A stretch of 64,000 nt of DNA from Alphaproteobacteria bacterium (GCA_964291675.2 OZ219866.1:3008001-3072000); one strand, 5' to 3'; counted from the stretch's first letter, positions 18,560 through 28,964 are shown. Numbers and translations: made by a program. Notes: generated from the sequence alone by a model not told the origin.

Positions 18560-19178
18560 CATGCCCGCCTGCCATTTCGAGTTCCACGTGGAAGAAGTCT
18601 CCATGGAGGCGTTTCTCAGGACCTGGCTGCCCGGTTTCCTGCCGGCGGGCTGCACCTTCGGAACCTACCCCTACCCGGGCAAGGGCGCGCTGTTGCGCAG
18701 GATCGGGGATCGCCTCAGGGGCTACGCGGCATGGATGCCGGCGGAGTACCGCATCGTGGTGGTCGTGGATCGCGACGCAGACGACTGCATGGAGCTCAAG
18801 TCCACGCTCGATCAATTCTGCGAGAGCGCCGGGCTCCGTTCGAGACGAGCCGCGGGCGGCGCCGGCTGGCAAGTCGTGACGAGGATCGCCATCGAAGAGC
18901 TTGAAGCCTGGTATTTCGGCGACTGGACGGCGGTGCGCGCGGCGTATCCGCGCGTATCGGCGAATATTCCCGGTCGCGCCGCCTACCGGGACCCGGATGC
19001 GATCCGCGGCGGCACTTGGGAGGCGTTCGAACGAGTCCTGCGGAAGCACGGCTATTTCAGGCAGGGATTGGCCAAGGTACAGGCCGCCACCGACATCGGT
19101 CGAAATATCGACCCCGCGCGCAACCGGTCCCGCAGCTTCGCGGTATTCCGCGATGCGATCGCCGAGGCCGCCGCGTAA
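18546..19178 (+). CDS. DUF4276-family (TOPRIM-like) protein
   Basis: [30 protein letters not shown] and NRSRSF motifs; coupled to the ATPase (start may be 18561). Confidence 0.8.
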   Translation: MSEPDMPACHFEFHVEEVSMEAFLRTWLPGFLPAGCTFGTYPYPGKGALLRRIGDRLRGYAAWMPAEYRIVVVVDRDADDCMELKSTLDQFCESAGLRSRRAAGGAGWQVVTRIAIEELEAWYFGDWTAVRAAYPRVSANIPGRAAYRDPDAIRGGTWEAFERVLRKHGYFRQGLAKVQAATDIGRNIDPARNRSRSFAVFRDAIAEAAA

Positions 19179-19226
19179 AGGTTTTCGGGACCGTCGCCGC
19201 TTTCGCCTCCGCCCTCGGCGTAAGGG

Positions 19227-20393
19227 TCAGCACGCCGCCGCGGCGCCCTGGCTCATCAGGCCGCGATAGATCTCGTCGTCGCCGATCACGCCGACCAGGC
19301 GGCCGTCCTCGACCATCAGCACCGGGCGGCCGGTGCGGTGGCGCAGCTCGATCGCCGCCCGCATCCGCAGATCCGGCGCCGCGGCGCAGATCGTGCCGGC
19401 GTCGAGCGCGGCCGGGTCCGTGTCCGGCGTGTGGTGGCGGATCGCGGCGGGGGCGGGCTCGATGCTGGCCTCGACCGGCTCGCCCGCCTCGTTCAGGCTC
19501 AGCCGGTTGAGCCCCGACCAGTCGAGCAGCAGCTTGCCGCCGCCGCGCCTGATCTCGGCCACCGGCGTCATCAGCGAGCCGCAGCGCAGCACGTTGAGCG
19601 CGTCCATGTGGGCGATGAACTCGGCGACATAGGCGTTGGCCGGCTTGAGGACGATCTCTTCCGGCTCGCCGAACTGGACGATGCGGCCGGCCTCCATGAT
19701 GGCGATGTGGCGGCCGAGCTTGAGCGCCTCGTTGAGGTCGTGGCTGACGAACAGGATGGTCTTGCCGAGCCGGCGTTGCAGGTCGAGCAGCTCGTCCTGC
19801 AAATGCTCGCGGATCAGCGGGTCCAGCGCCGAGAACGGCTCGTCCATCAGCAGGATGTCGGAATCGGTGGCGAGCGCGCGGGCGAGCCCCACGCGCTGCT
19901 GCATGCCGCCGGAAAGCTCGTGGACGAACCGGTCGGCCCAGCGGTCGAGATCGACCAGCTTCAGCTTCTCCGCCACCAGGGCGTCGCGCTCGGCCCGTCC
20001 GGTGCCGCGCAGCTCCAGGCCGAAGCTCACATTCTCGTGCACCGTGCGCCAGGGCAACAGGGCGAATTGCTGGAACACCATGGCGATGTGCTGCATGCGC
20101 ATGCGCCTGAGCGTGGCGGCATCGCAGAGGGTCATGTCCAGCATCTCGCCGCCGTCGCGCACCAGGACCCGTCCGCGGGTGACCGGGCACAGCCCGTTGA
20201 CCGCGCGCAGCAGCGTCGACTTGCCGGAGCCCGACAGGCCCATCAGCACGCAGATCTCGCCCGGGCGGACGGCGAGCGACGCCCCGGCGACGCCGACCAC
20301 CGCGCCGGTCGCGTCGTGGATCTCCTGGCGCCCGGCGCCGCCATCCAGCATCGCGAGCGCGGCCCCGGCGTCGCCGCCGAACAGGATGTCCAC
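19227..20393 (-). CDS. choV: Choline ABC transporter ATP-binding protein
   Basis: GLSGSGKS, LSGGMQQRVG and LMDEPFSALD with C-terminal CBS-like region; the true start may be slightly upstream. Confidence 0.85.
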   Translation of the reverse strand: MDILFGGDAGAALAMLDGGAGRQEIHDATGAVVGVAGASLAVRPGEICVLMGLSGSGKSTLLRAVNGLCPVTRGRVLVRDGGEMLDMTLCDAATLRRMRMQHIAMVFQQFALLPWRTVHENVSFGLELRGTGRAERDALVAEKLKLVDLDRWADRFVHELSGGMQQRVGLARALATDSDILLMDEPFSALDPLIREHLQDELLDLQRRLGKTILFVSHDLNEALKLGRHIAIMEAGRIVQFGEPEEIVLKPANAYVAEFIAHMDALNVLRCGSLMTPVAEIRRGGGKLLLDWSGLNRLSLNEAGEPVEASIEPAPAAIRHHTPDTDPAALDAGTICAAAPDLRMRAAIELRHRTGRPVLMVEDGRLVGVIGDDEIYRGLMSQGAAAAC

Positions 20394-20420
20394 GTCGTTG
20401 AGCTCGATCGCGCGAATCGA

Positions 20421-21269
20421 TCAGCTCCGCCGGTTGTCGCCGCCGCGCTGCTTGCAGATGCGGTCGAGCAGGATGGCGACGATGACGATGGCGAGCCCGG
20501 CCTCGAACCCCTTGGCGATGTTGACCGTATTGAGCGCGCGCAGCACCGGGACGCCGAGCCCCGGCGCGCCCACCATCGCCGCGATCACCACCATGGAGAG
20601 GCTGAGCATGATGCACTGGGTCACGCCCGCCATGATGGTCGGCATGGCGTGCGGCAGCTCGACCTTCCACAGGAGCTGGCCGCGCGTCGCGCCGAACGCC
20701 TCGCCGGCCTCCACCAGCGGCCGCGGCACGCTGGAGATGCCGAGATGGGTGAGCCGGATCGGCGCCGGGATGGCGAAGATCACCGTCGAGATCAGCCCCG
20801 GCACCACGCCGAGGCCGAACATGATCATGGTCGGGATCAAATAGACGAAGGTCGGGATGGTCTGCATCAGGTCGAGCACCGGCCGGATGGCGTTGTACAG
20901 CCAGGGCCGGTGCGCCGCCGCGATGCCGACCGGCACGCCGGCGGCGATGCAGATCACGGTCGAGAACAGGATCAGGGTGAGCGTCTGGACCGTGTTCTCC
21001 CAGTAGCCCAGATTGATCACCAGCAGCAGCGTCAGCACCACCGCCGCCACCAGCTTCCACGAGCGGTGCAGAAAGAAGGCGAGCGCCGCGAGCAGCGCCA
21101 CCAGCACCAGCGCGGGCAGCGCCAGCGCGAGCCCGGTGACGCCCTCGATGACGAATTTCAGGATCTCGGACAGGTAGTCGAAGAACCAGGCCCCGTGGTC
21201 CAGCAGGACGTCCACGAAGGACTCGATCCACCTGCCGAGCGGGATCTTCTCGTCCGTCAGCCAGTCCAA
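20421..21269 (-). CDS. choW: Choline ABC transporter permease
   Basis: LDLMQTIPTFVYLIP, ProW-like. Confidence 0.85.
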   Translation of the reverse strand: MDWLTDEKIPLGRWIESFVDVLLDHGAWFFDYLSEILKFVIEGVTGLALALPALVLVALLAALAFFLHRSWKLVAAVVLTLLLVINLGYWENTVQTLTLILFSTVICIAAGVPVGIAAAHRPWLYNAIRPVLDLMQTIPTFVYLIPTMIMFGLGVVPGLISTVIFAIPAPIRLTHLGISSVPRPLVEAGEAFGATRGQLLWKVELPHAMPTIMAGVTQCIMLSLSMVVIAAMVGAPGLGVPVLRALNTVNIAKGFEAGLAIVIVAILLDRICKQRGGDNRRS

Positions 21270-21324
21270 GACCTACCCCGCGGCGTTGCCCGCCCTCCCT
21301 GGCGGCGGTCCCGGGGCGAGGCGG

Positions 21325-22278
21325 CTACAGCCCCAGCGCCTTGTCGACCGCGGCCATGGAGTCGCCCCCGCCCATCGTCGTCACCCCGGCGAGCCAGGTC
21401 TTCAGGATGGCCGGGTTCTGCTTGAGCCACGCCGCCGCCGCCTTCTGCGGCTCCTGCTTGTCCTCCAGGATCGCGGTCATGATCTCGTTCTCCATCGCCA
21501 GGGTGAATTGCAGGTTCTTCAGCAGCCTGCCGACATTCGGGCACTGCCCGGCATAGCCCTTGCGGATGTTGGTGTAGACCTCGGCGCCGCCGAAATTCGG
21601 TCCGAACACGTCGTCGCCGCCGGCGAGATAGGTCATCTCGAACCTGGCGTTCATCGGATGCGGCTCCCAGCCCAGGAACACGATCCACTGCTTCTTGCGG
21701 TTGGCGCGCACCACCTGGGCCAGCATGCCCTGCTCGCTCGATTCGACCAGCTTGAAGCCCTTCAGGCCGAACGCGTTCTTGGCGATCATGTCCTGGATCA
21801 GGCGGTTGCCGTCGTTGCCGGGCTCGATGCCGTAGATCTTGCCTTCGAGCCGGTCGCGGTACTTGGCGATGTCGCCGAAGCTCTTGATGCCGCCGTCGGC
21901 CGCCAGCTTGTTGACCGCGAGCGTGTATTTCGCCCCGGTCAGGTTCTTCGCCACCGTCTCGACCGACCCGTCGTCGCGGTAGGGCTTGATGTCGGCCTCC
22001 ATGGTCGGCATCCAGTTGCCGAGGAAGACGTCGATATCGCCGTTCTTGAGGCTGCGATAGGTGACCGGCACCGACAGCACCTTCGCGGTGGGATCGTAGC
22101 CGAGCGCCTTGAGCACCACCGAGGTTGCCGCGGTGGTCGCGGTGATGTCGGTCCAGCCGACATCGGAGAAGCGGACCGACTTGCACGAATCGGGATCGGC
22201 CGCCGATCCGGCGGACGAAAACAGCACGGCAAAAGCCGCGCCGATGGCCGCTATGCGCAGGCATTTTGTCATTGACAT
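21325..22278 (-). CDS. choX: Choline ABC transporter substrate-binding protein
   Basis: Signal peptide; VRFSDVGWTDI, FLGNWMP and GIEPGNDGN. Confidence 0.88.
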   Translation of the reverse strand: MSMTKCLRIAAIGAAFAVLFSSAGSAADPDSCKSVRFSDVGWTDITATTAATSVVLKALGYDPTAKVLSVPVTYRSLKNGDIDVFLGNWMPTMEADIKPYRDDGSVETVAKNLTGAKYTLAVNKLAADGGIKSFGDIAKYRDRLEGKIYGIEPGNDGNRLIQDMIAKNAFGLKGFKLVESSEQGMLAQVVRANRKKQWIVFLGWEPHPMNARFEMTYLAGGDDVFGPNFGGAEVYTNIRKGYAGQCPNVGRLLKNLQFTLAMENEIMTAILEDKQEPQKAAAAWLKQNPAILKTWLAGVTTMGGGDSMAAVDKALGL

Positions 22279-22385
22279 GTCCTCCCCTTGGCTACCCCAT
22301 GCGCGTCCCGACCGGAAAGCCCGGGCCGGATACCGCTGGAATGGCGGGTATATTGCCACAACGGTCGCAGTGGCGGGACACCCGG

Positions 22386-24044
22386 ATGAACGCAAACCAG
22401 GCTTTCGATTACGTCGTGGTCGGCGCGGGATCGGCCGGCTGCGTGCTGGCCAACCGGCTGACCGAGGACGGCGCCTCGACCGTGCTGCTGATCGAGGCCG
22501 GCGGCAGCGACCGCAGCGTGTTCCTGCAGATGCCGTCCGCGCTGGCGATCGCGATGACCCACCGGCGCTACGGCTGGCATTACTGGTCCGAGCCCGAGCC
22601 CGGCCTGGGCGGGCGGCGCCTGCATTGCCCGCGCGGCCGGGTGCTCGGCGGCTCGTCCTCGGTCAACGGCATGGCCTATGTGCGGGGCAACGCGCTCGAC
22701 TACGACTCCTGGGCCGAGGGCGGCGCGACCGGCTGGTCCTATGCCGAGGTGCTGCCCTATTTCCGCAAGGCCGAGACTTGCGCCGCCGGCGGCGATGCCT
22801 ATCGCGGCGATTCGGGCCCGCTGCATACCAGCCGCGGGGCCATGGCGAACCCGCTCTACGAGGCCTTCATCGAGGCCGGGACCGAGGCGGGCTACGCGCG
22901 TACCGACGACATGAACGGCTACCGGCAGGAGGGTCTGGGGCCGATGGACATGACGGTGCACCGCGGCCGGCGCTGGAGCACGGCGAACGCCTATCTCAAG
23001 CCGGCGGCGGCCCGAGCCAACCTCGCCGTCGAGTCGGGCGCGCTGGCCACCCGTATCCTGCTCGACGGAAGGCGCGCCCGCGGCGTCGAGTACCGCAAGG
23101 GCGGCGCGCTGCTGAGCGTCGAAGCGCGGCGCGAGGTGGTGCTGTCGGGCGGGCCGATCAACGCGCCGCAGCTCCTGATGCTGTCGGGAATCGGCCCGGC
23201 GGGGCATCTGCGCGAGCACGGCATCGAGGCGGTGCACGACCTGCCCGGCGTCGGCGGCAATTTGCAGGACCATCTGGAGCTCTACGTCCAGCGGGCCTGC
23301 ACCAGGCCGATCACGCTCTACGCCGCGACCGGGCTGGTGCAAAGGGCGCTGATCGGGCTGCGCTGGATGGCGTTCAGGACCGGCCTCGGCGCGACCAACC
23401 ATTTCGAATCCGGCGGCTTCATCCGCTCGCGCCCGGGCATCCGCTGGCCCGACATCCAGTATCACTTCCTGCCGCTCGCGGCGTCCTACGACATGCAGAA
23501 CCGGATTCGCCGCCACGGCTTCCAGGCGCATGTCGGCCCGATGCGCTCCCGCTCGCGCGGCACAATCCGCCTGGCCTCCGCCGACCCCGCTTCGCCGCCC
23601 GAGATCCGCTTCAACTACATGAGCCATCCCGACGACTGGGCCGACATGCGGGCCTGTGTCCGCCTGACCCGGGAGATCTTCGCCCAGCCCGCCTTCGACC
23701 CCTATCGCGGCGCCGAGCTGGCGCCCGGCGAGGCGGTGCGGAGCGACGCGGAGATCGACGCCTTCGTGCGCGAGACGGTGCAGAGCGCGTACCACCCCAC
23801 TGGCACCTGCAAGATGGGGACCGACGCCATGGCGGTGGTCGATCCGGCCTGCCGGGTGCATGGCGTCGACGCACTCCGCGTGGTCGACAGCTCGGTCATG
23901 CCGACGATCACCACCGGCAACCTCAACGCGCCGACCATCATGATCGCCGAGAAGGCGGCCGATGCGATCCGCGGGCGCCAGCCCCTGCCGGCGTCGGACG
24001 CGCCGGCCTATGCCGCCCCCGGCTGGCAGCGCACCCAGCGCTGA
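22386..24044 (+). CDS. betA: Choline dehydrogenase (GMC oxidoreductase)
   Basis: GAGSAG FAD motif, GGSSSVNGM and GNLNAPTIMIAEK; divergent from choXWV. Confidence 0.9.
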   Translation: MNANQAFDYVVVGAGSAGCVLANRLTEDGASTVLLIEAGGSDRSVFLQMPSALAIAMTHRRYGWHYWSEPEPGLGGRRLHCPRGRVLGGSSSVNGMAYVRGNALDYDSWAEGGATGWSYAEVLPYFRKAETCAAGGDAYRGDSGPLHTSRGAMANPLYEAFIEAGTEAGYARTDDMNGYRQEGLGPMDMTVHRGRRWSTANAYLKPAAARANLAVESGALATRILLDGRRARGVEYRKGGALLSVEARREVVLSGGPINAPQLLMLSGIGPAGHLREHGIEAVHDLPGVGGNLQDHLELYVQRACTRPITLYAATGLVQRALIGLRWMAFRTGLGATNHFESGGFIRSRPGIRWPDIQYHFLPLAASYDMQNRIRRHGFQAHVGPMRSRSRGTIRLASADPASPPEIRFNYMSHPDDWADMRACVRLTREIFAQPAFDPYRGAELAPGEAVRSDAEIDAFVRETVQSAYHPTGTCKMGTDAMAVVDPACRVHGVDALRVVDSSVMPTITTGNLNAPTIMIAEKAADAIRGRQPLPASDAPAYAAPGWQRTQR

Positions 24045-24062
24045 GCCGGGTCGCCGCCGGCG

Positions 24063-24407
24063 TCACCCCGCCCCGGTCGCCGCCGGCAGGTCGCCGAGGC
24101 GCGCGCGGACCTCGCCACGGAATTCCGAGAACTCGCGGGCGAGGCCCTGGTGATCCTTCGCGAGATCGTCGACCTTCTCTTCCAGCCGAACGAACTTGTC
24201 CTCCAGCCGGTCGAACCGGTCCTCCAGCCGTTCGAATCTGTCCTCAAGCCGTTCGAACCTGCCCTCCAGCCGGCCGAACCTGTCCTCAAGCTGGGCGAAA
24301 TTGTCCTGAAGCCGGCCGTACAGGCGCAACAGGAACATGGCGAAGGTACCGCCCGACGCCAGCAGCGTCGCCCCGACGCCGAGCACGGTGACGATCTCGG
24401 CGCTCAC
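24063..24407 (-). CDS. Small TM + coiled-coil protein, paralog C (114 aa)
   Basis: GTG start overlaps the upstream TGA; RLEDRFx heptads. Confidence 0.7.
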   Translation of the reverse strand: MSAEIVTVLGVGATLLASGGTFAMFLLRLYGRLQDNFAQLEDRFGRLEGRFERLEDRFERLEDRFDRLEDKFVRLEEKVDDLAKDHQGLAREFSEFRGEVRARLGDLPAATGAG

Positions 24408-24685
24408 CGGGCCGCGCTTTCCGCGGGAAGGTCGCCGAGGCGCGCGCGGACCTCGCCACGGAATTCCGAGAACTCGCGGGCGAGGGCCTGGTGGTCCCTG
24501 GCGAGTTCGTCGACCTTCTCTTCCAGCCGAACGAACCTGTCCTCCAGCCGTTCGAACCGGTCCTCCAGCCGGGCGAAATTGTCCTGAAGCCGGCCGTACA
24601 GGCGCAACAGGAACATGGCGAAGGTCCCGCCCGTCGCCAGCAGCGTCGCCCCGACGCCGAGCACGGTGACGATCTCGGCGCTCAC
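24404..24685 (-). CDS. Small TM + coiled-coil protein, paralog B (93 aa)
   Basis: Near-identical DNA to its neighbours; GTGA coupling. Confidence 0.7.
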   Translation of the reverse strand: MSAEIVTVLGVGATLLATGGTFAMFLLRLYGRLQDNFARLEDRFERLEDRFVRLEEKVDELARDHQALAREFSEFRGEVRARLGDLPAESAAR

Positions 24686-24921
24686 CGGGCCGCGCTTTCC
24701 GCGGGAAGGTCGCCGAGGCGCGCGCGGACCTCGCCACGGAATTCCGAGAACTCGCGGGCGAGTGCCTGGTGATCCTTCGCGAGATCGTCGACCTTCCCTT
24801 CCAGCCGGTCGAACCTGTCCTCCAGCCGGCCGTACAGGCGGAACAGGAACAGGGCGCAGGTCCCGCCCGACGCGAGCAGCGTCGCCCCGACGCCGAGCAT
24901 GGTGACGATTTCGTTGCTCAT
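24682..24921 (-). CDS. Small TM + coiled-coil protein, paralog A (79 aa)
   Basis: MSNEIVTMLGVGATLL...DHQALAREFSEFRGE. Confidence 0.7.
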   Translation of the reverse strand: MSNEIVTMLGVGATLLASGGTCALFLFRLYGRLEDRFDRLEGKVDDLAKDHQALAREFSEFRGEVRARLGDLPAESAAR

Positions 24922-25047
24922 GCTCCCAATATAGTAGCACGTGTCGAGTGCTTCACTACCAAAGAGAGAGTTGCGGCGAGCCGCTCGCCTATCGCCCCGG
25001 CGCGGGGAGCGGCCTAGAATATGCCCGCCGCAACGGGAGGACGCGAC

Positions 25048-25494
25048 ATGGCCGGCAGCATCGACGTCGCGCAGGTCGACCATATCGGCATCCGGGTCTC
25101 CGACGCCGGGCGCGCGCTCGCCTTCTACCGCGCGCTCGGCTTCGAGCTCGAACGCGAGGTCGAGTTCGACGCGGTGATCATCATCCGCAATGCGCAGGGG
25201 GTGGAGATCAACCTGGTGGTCAACGCCAATGACGACCATGGCGGGCGCAACGTGCTGATGGACGTGGACGGCACCAAATACGCCGGCATCACCCATGTCG
25301 CGCTACGCGTCGCCTCGGTCGCGGATACCGTCGCGGCGCTCAACGAGAACGGCATCGAGATCCGCCAGGGCCCGGTCAGGTTCGGCGAGGACGGCAACGT
25401 GTCGGTGTTCGTGCGCGACCCCGACCTCAACGTGATCGAGCTGCGCGGCCGCGACGAGGACCTCGACGGCGTCGAGCATTACGCGCCGGGTTGA
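25048..25494 (+). CDS. VOC/glyoxalase family protein
   Basis: [16 protein letters not shown] and [13 protein letters not shown]. Confidence 0.88.
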   Translation: MAGSIDVAQVDHIGIRVSDAGRALAFYRALGFELEREVEFDAVIIIRNAQGVEINLVVNANDDHGGRNVLMDVDGTKYAGITHVALRVASVADTVAALNENGIEIRQGPVRFGEDGNVSVFVRDPDLNVIELRGRDEDLDGVEHYAPG

Positions 25495-25548
25495 GCGCCG
25501 GCGGCCGGCACCCGGGCATTCGTTTGCAGTCCCGAAGCGGCGACGGGC

Positions 25549-25794
25549 TCACTTCGCGGCTGGGAGCTCCCCGCGGATGAAGCCCTGCAACAGCCCCTCG
25601 AGCCGGGCCATGCGTTCGCGGAGTTCGGATATCTCGCCGGCCAGGCTCCGGTGGTCGGCCGCCAGGCTCCGGATGTCATCCGCGAGACGGTCGATCTTCT
25701 CGTCCAGGCGGCGTTCCATGCCGGCGCTGGTACGCCAGTTGAACAAGGCCAGCGCGATCCCGACGCCCAGCATGGTGAGGATTTCGTCGCTCAT
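25549..25794 (-). CDS. Small TM + coiled-coil protein, paralog E
   Basis: MSDEILTMLGVG...DHRSLAGEISELRERMARLEG. Confidence 0.7.
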   Translation of the reverse strand: MSDEILTMLGVGIALALFNWRTSAGMERRLDEKIDRLADDIRSLAADHRSLAGEISELRERMARLEGLLQGFIRGELPAAK

Positions 25795-25988
25795 CGCGCA
25801 CCGGTCCCCGCGGGCATTTCGCCGAGGCGCCCGCGGATTTCGCCGCGAAGCTCCGAAAGCTCCCGGGCCAGGGACCGATGATCCTTGGCCAGGGCGTCGA
25901 TCTTGCGGTCGAGCCGGTCGGTTACCCGCCAGATGAACAGGCCCAGCGCGACCCCGACGCCCAGCATGGTGAGGATCTCGTCGCTCAT
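25791..25988 (-). CDS. Small TM + coiled-coil protein, paralog D
   Basis: MSDEILTMLGVG...DHRSLARELSELRGE. Confidence 0.7.
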   Translation of the reverse strand: MSDEILTMLGVGVALGLFIWRVTDRLDRKIDALAKDHRSLARELSELRGEIRGRLGEMPAGTGAR

Positions 25989-26130
25989 GTGCCCAATATA
26001 GTTGAATCGATCGGGTCTTTCACGACCTATCGTCGGTGATCTGCGACGCCGGGCAGGGATCGCCCCGCGCCTTGTGAGCCCCCGCCCCATTCGCTAGCGT
26101 GCCGCCGGCAACCACCGGCGAAGGCGAGAC

Positions 26131-27489
26131 ATGGCCCAGGACCTCCCCTCCTTTCTCGAACGCGTGCGCGCGGAACGGCCCGACGAGCTCGTGACCGTCG
26201 CCCGCGAGATGGACCCCGGCCACGAGGTGACCGCCGCGGTGGTCAAGATCGAGAAGGAGGCGAAGCGCCGCCCGGTTCTCCTGTTCGAGAACGTCAAGGG
26301 CAGCGCCTTCCCGGTGCTCACCAACCTCCATGCCAGCCGCTCGCGCCTCGCCATGGCGATGGGCGCGCCGCCGCGCGAGATGCTGAAGAAATACCTCGAG
26401 GCGATGGACGAGCCGGTCGCGCCGCGCGAGATCAATACCGGGCCGTGCAAGGACGTGGTGCTGAAGGGCGCCGACATCGACCTGGCGCTGTTGCCCCAGC
26501 TCGAACACCACCAGGGCGACGGCGGGGCCTATATCACCGCGGCGATCTCGTTCGCCAGGGACCCCGACGGCGAGATGTGGAACTGCGCCTATAACCGGCT
26601 GATGATCACCGGCCGGGACACCACCTCGATCCACCTGACGCTCGGCAAGCATCTCTGGGAGTACTACCAGGTCGCCGAGTCGCGCGGCGAGGCGCTGCCG
26701 GTCGCCTTCGCCATCGGCGTCCACCCGGCGATCGCGCTCGGCTGCCTCGCCATCGGCTCGATCGACGAGGACGAGCGCGGAATTATGGGCGGGCTCCTGG
26801 GCGAGCCGCTGGAGCTGGTGCGCTGCGAGACCTCCGACGTGCTGGTGCCGGCCCAGGCGGAGATGATCCTGGAGGCCGAGATCCTGCCGCGCGCGCGCAT
26901 CGCCGAGGGGCCGTTCGGCGAGTTCACCGGCTACAGCCTCGGCGCGCGCGACCGCGAGGTGGTGCAGGTCAACGCGCTCACCCACCGCGAGGGCGCGATG
27001 TTCCACGACATCACCGTCGGCCATCTCGACCACATGCTGCTGTCGACCGTCCCGATGGAGGCCAATCTCTACCGCGCCGTGCGGGCGATGATCCCCTCGG
27101 TCAGGGCGGTGCGGGTGCCGAGCCCGTTCACCTGCTTCGTCTCCATCGAGCAGCGCCTCGAAGGCCAGGCCAAGAACGCGATCTTCGCCGTGCTCGGCGC
27201 CGACCTCTACATGAAGCGGGTCGTGGTGGTGGACCACGACATCGACGTGTTCTCCGACCGCGAGGTGAACTGGGCGATCGCCACGCGCTGCCAGCCCGAC
27301 CGCGACATCATGGTGGTCTCGGGCGCGCGCGGCTCCGATCTCGACCCCTCGACCGCGGGCAAAGACGGGTTCACCGCCAAGTGGGGGGTCGACGCGACGG
27401 CCAAGCCCAGCCTCGACGCCTTCACCCCGCGGCACAGCTTCCCCGACGCCGTCTGGGACGGCATCGACGTGGAGGCGCTGCTGCGCTAG
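26131..27489 (+). CDS. UbiD-family decarboxylase
   Basis: EGPFGEFTGY, VVVDHDIDVF and WAIATRCQP. Confidence 0.9.
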   Translation: MAQDLPSFLERVRAERPDELVTVAREMDPGHEVTAAVVKIEKEAKRRPVLLFENVKGSAFPVLTNLHASRSRLAMAMGAPPREMLKKYLEAMDEPVAPREINTGPCKDVVLKGADIDLALLPQLEHHQGDGGAYITAAISFARDPDGEMWNCAYNRLMITGRDTTSIHLTLGKHLWEYYQVAESRGEALPVAFAIGVHPAIALGCLAIGSIDEDERGIMGGLLGEPLELVRCETSDVLVPAQAEMILEAEILPRARIAEGPFGEFTGYSLGARDREVVQVNALTHREGAMFHDITVGHLDHMLLSTVPMEANLYRAVRAMIPSVRAVRVPSPFTCFVSIEQRLEGQAKNAIFAVLGADLYMKRVVVVDHDIDVFSDREVNWAIATRCQPDRDIMVVSGARGSDLDPSTAGKDGFTAKWGVDATAKPSLDAFTPRHSFPDAVWDGIDVEALLR

Positions 27490-27494
27490 CCGCG

Positions 27495-28901
27495 ATGGCC
27501 GTCCATCTCGCGCAATCGCTGGAAGAGCAGGCCCGGCGGCGTCCCGGCAAGCGGGTTCTCGACTCGGGCGGGACGGCCTTAGCGTGGCGCGAGGTCGAGG
27601 GCAGGGCGGGGGCGCTCGCGGCCGCGCTCGCGGGCGCGGGCATCGGGCGCGGCAGCCGGGTTGCGCTCGGCCTCGACGACCCGGCCGAGCTCGTCGTCGC
27701 GCTGTTCGGCGCGCTCAAGACGGGCGCCACCGCGCTGCCGCTCAACCCGCTTCTCACCGCCGGCGAGCGCGCCCGCATCCTCGCCGATTTCGCGCCCGAC
27801 CGGACGGTCGAGGCGCCGGCCCCGGGCGAGGCCGACTTCCCCGCCGTCTCGACCGAACCCGGCGATATCGCGATCGTGCTCTACACCTCGGGCAGCACCG
27901 GCGACCCCAAGGGGGTGCTGCTGTCCCAGGCGGCGGTCGCCTGGGCGCTGGAATCCTGGCGCGGTCCGGTGATGGACTTGCGGGAGGACGACGTCTCGCT
28001 GTCGGCGCTGCCGCTCGCCCATTCGCTCGGCATCTTCGGCTCGGTGCTGGCGCCGCTGCTGTCGGGCGGCTCGGTCGCCTTCCTCGCGCGCTTCGATCCC
28101 GGGGACGCGCTCGCCGCCATCGCGCGCCACCGGGTGAGCGTGTTCCCGGGCGTCGCCACCATGTTCCGGCGCATCCTCGACAGCCCGGCGCTCGCCGGCA
28201 GCGATCTCGCCAGCCTGCGCTACGCGCTGTCGGGCGCGGCGCCCTGCCCGTGGGAGCTCGCGAGACACTGGCGCGAGAAGACCGGGGTGCGCATCGTCCG
28301 CGGCTACGGCATGACCGAGCTGTTCCGGCCGATCTCCTACCGCGCGGCGGAGCCCGCCGACCTGCCCGACGCGATCGGGCGCGCCGTGCCGGGGGTCGCG
28401 CTGCGCGTGGTCGACGAGTCCGGGCGGGCGCTCGCGGCGGGCGAGACCGGCGAGCTCTGGATCGCGAGCCCGGCGCGGATGTCCGGCTATCTCGGCCGGC
28501 CGGACGACACCGAAGAGGCGTTCGAGGGCGCCTGGTTCAGGACCGGCGACCTCGCGACGCTCTCCCCCGACGGCCATGTGCGCATCGTCGGCCGCCGCAA
28601 GGACATGATCCTGCGCGGCGGCTATACCGTGGCGCCCGGCGAGGTGGAGGCGGTGCTGCTGTCGCATCCGGCGGTCGCCGAGGCGGCGGTGATCGGCGTG
28701 CCCGACGACGATCTCGGCGAGGACATCGCGGCCTTCGTCAGCCTCAATCGGCCCGACGCCGCGGCGGCCGAGGACATCGTCGCGTTCTGCCGCGACCGCA
28801 TGGCGGGCTACAAGTACCCGCGCCATGTCCGCATCGAGCCCGCCCTGCCCAGGGGCCCGGCCGGCAAGATCCTCAAGGCGCGGCTGCGGTTTCAGGCTTG
28901 A
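27495..28901 (+). CDS. Acyl-CoA synthetase (AMP-binding)
   Basis: YTSGSTGDPKG, GYGMTE and FRTGDL. Confidence 0.9.
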   Translation: MAVHLAQSLEEQARRRPGKRVLDSGGTALAWREVEGRAGALAAALAGAGIGRGSRVALGLDDPAELVVALFGALKTGATALPLNPLLTAGERARILADFAPDRTVEAPAPGEADFPAVSTEPGDIAIVLYTSGSTGDPKGVLLSQAAVAWALESWRGPVMDLREDDVSLSALPLAHSLGIFGSVLAPLLSGGSVAFLARFDPGDALAAIARHRVSVFPGVATMFRRILDSPALAGSDLASLRYALSGAAPCPWELARHWREKTGVRIVRGYGMTELFRPISYRAAEPADLPDAIGRAVPGVALRVVDESGRALAAGETGELWIASPARMSGYLGRPDDTEEAFEGAWFRTGDLATLSPDGHVRIVGRRKDMILRGGYTVAPGEVEAVLLSHPAVAEAAVIGVPDDDLGEDIAAFVSLNRPDAAAAEDIVAFCRDRMAGYKYPRHVRIEPALPRGPAGKILKARLRFQA

Positions 28902-28964
28902 TGGCGCGCTGCGCGGCCCCTATGTGAAGAGCCGGAATACCATCCGTCCGACGGACACGACGCC

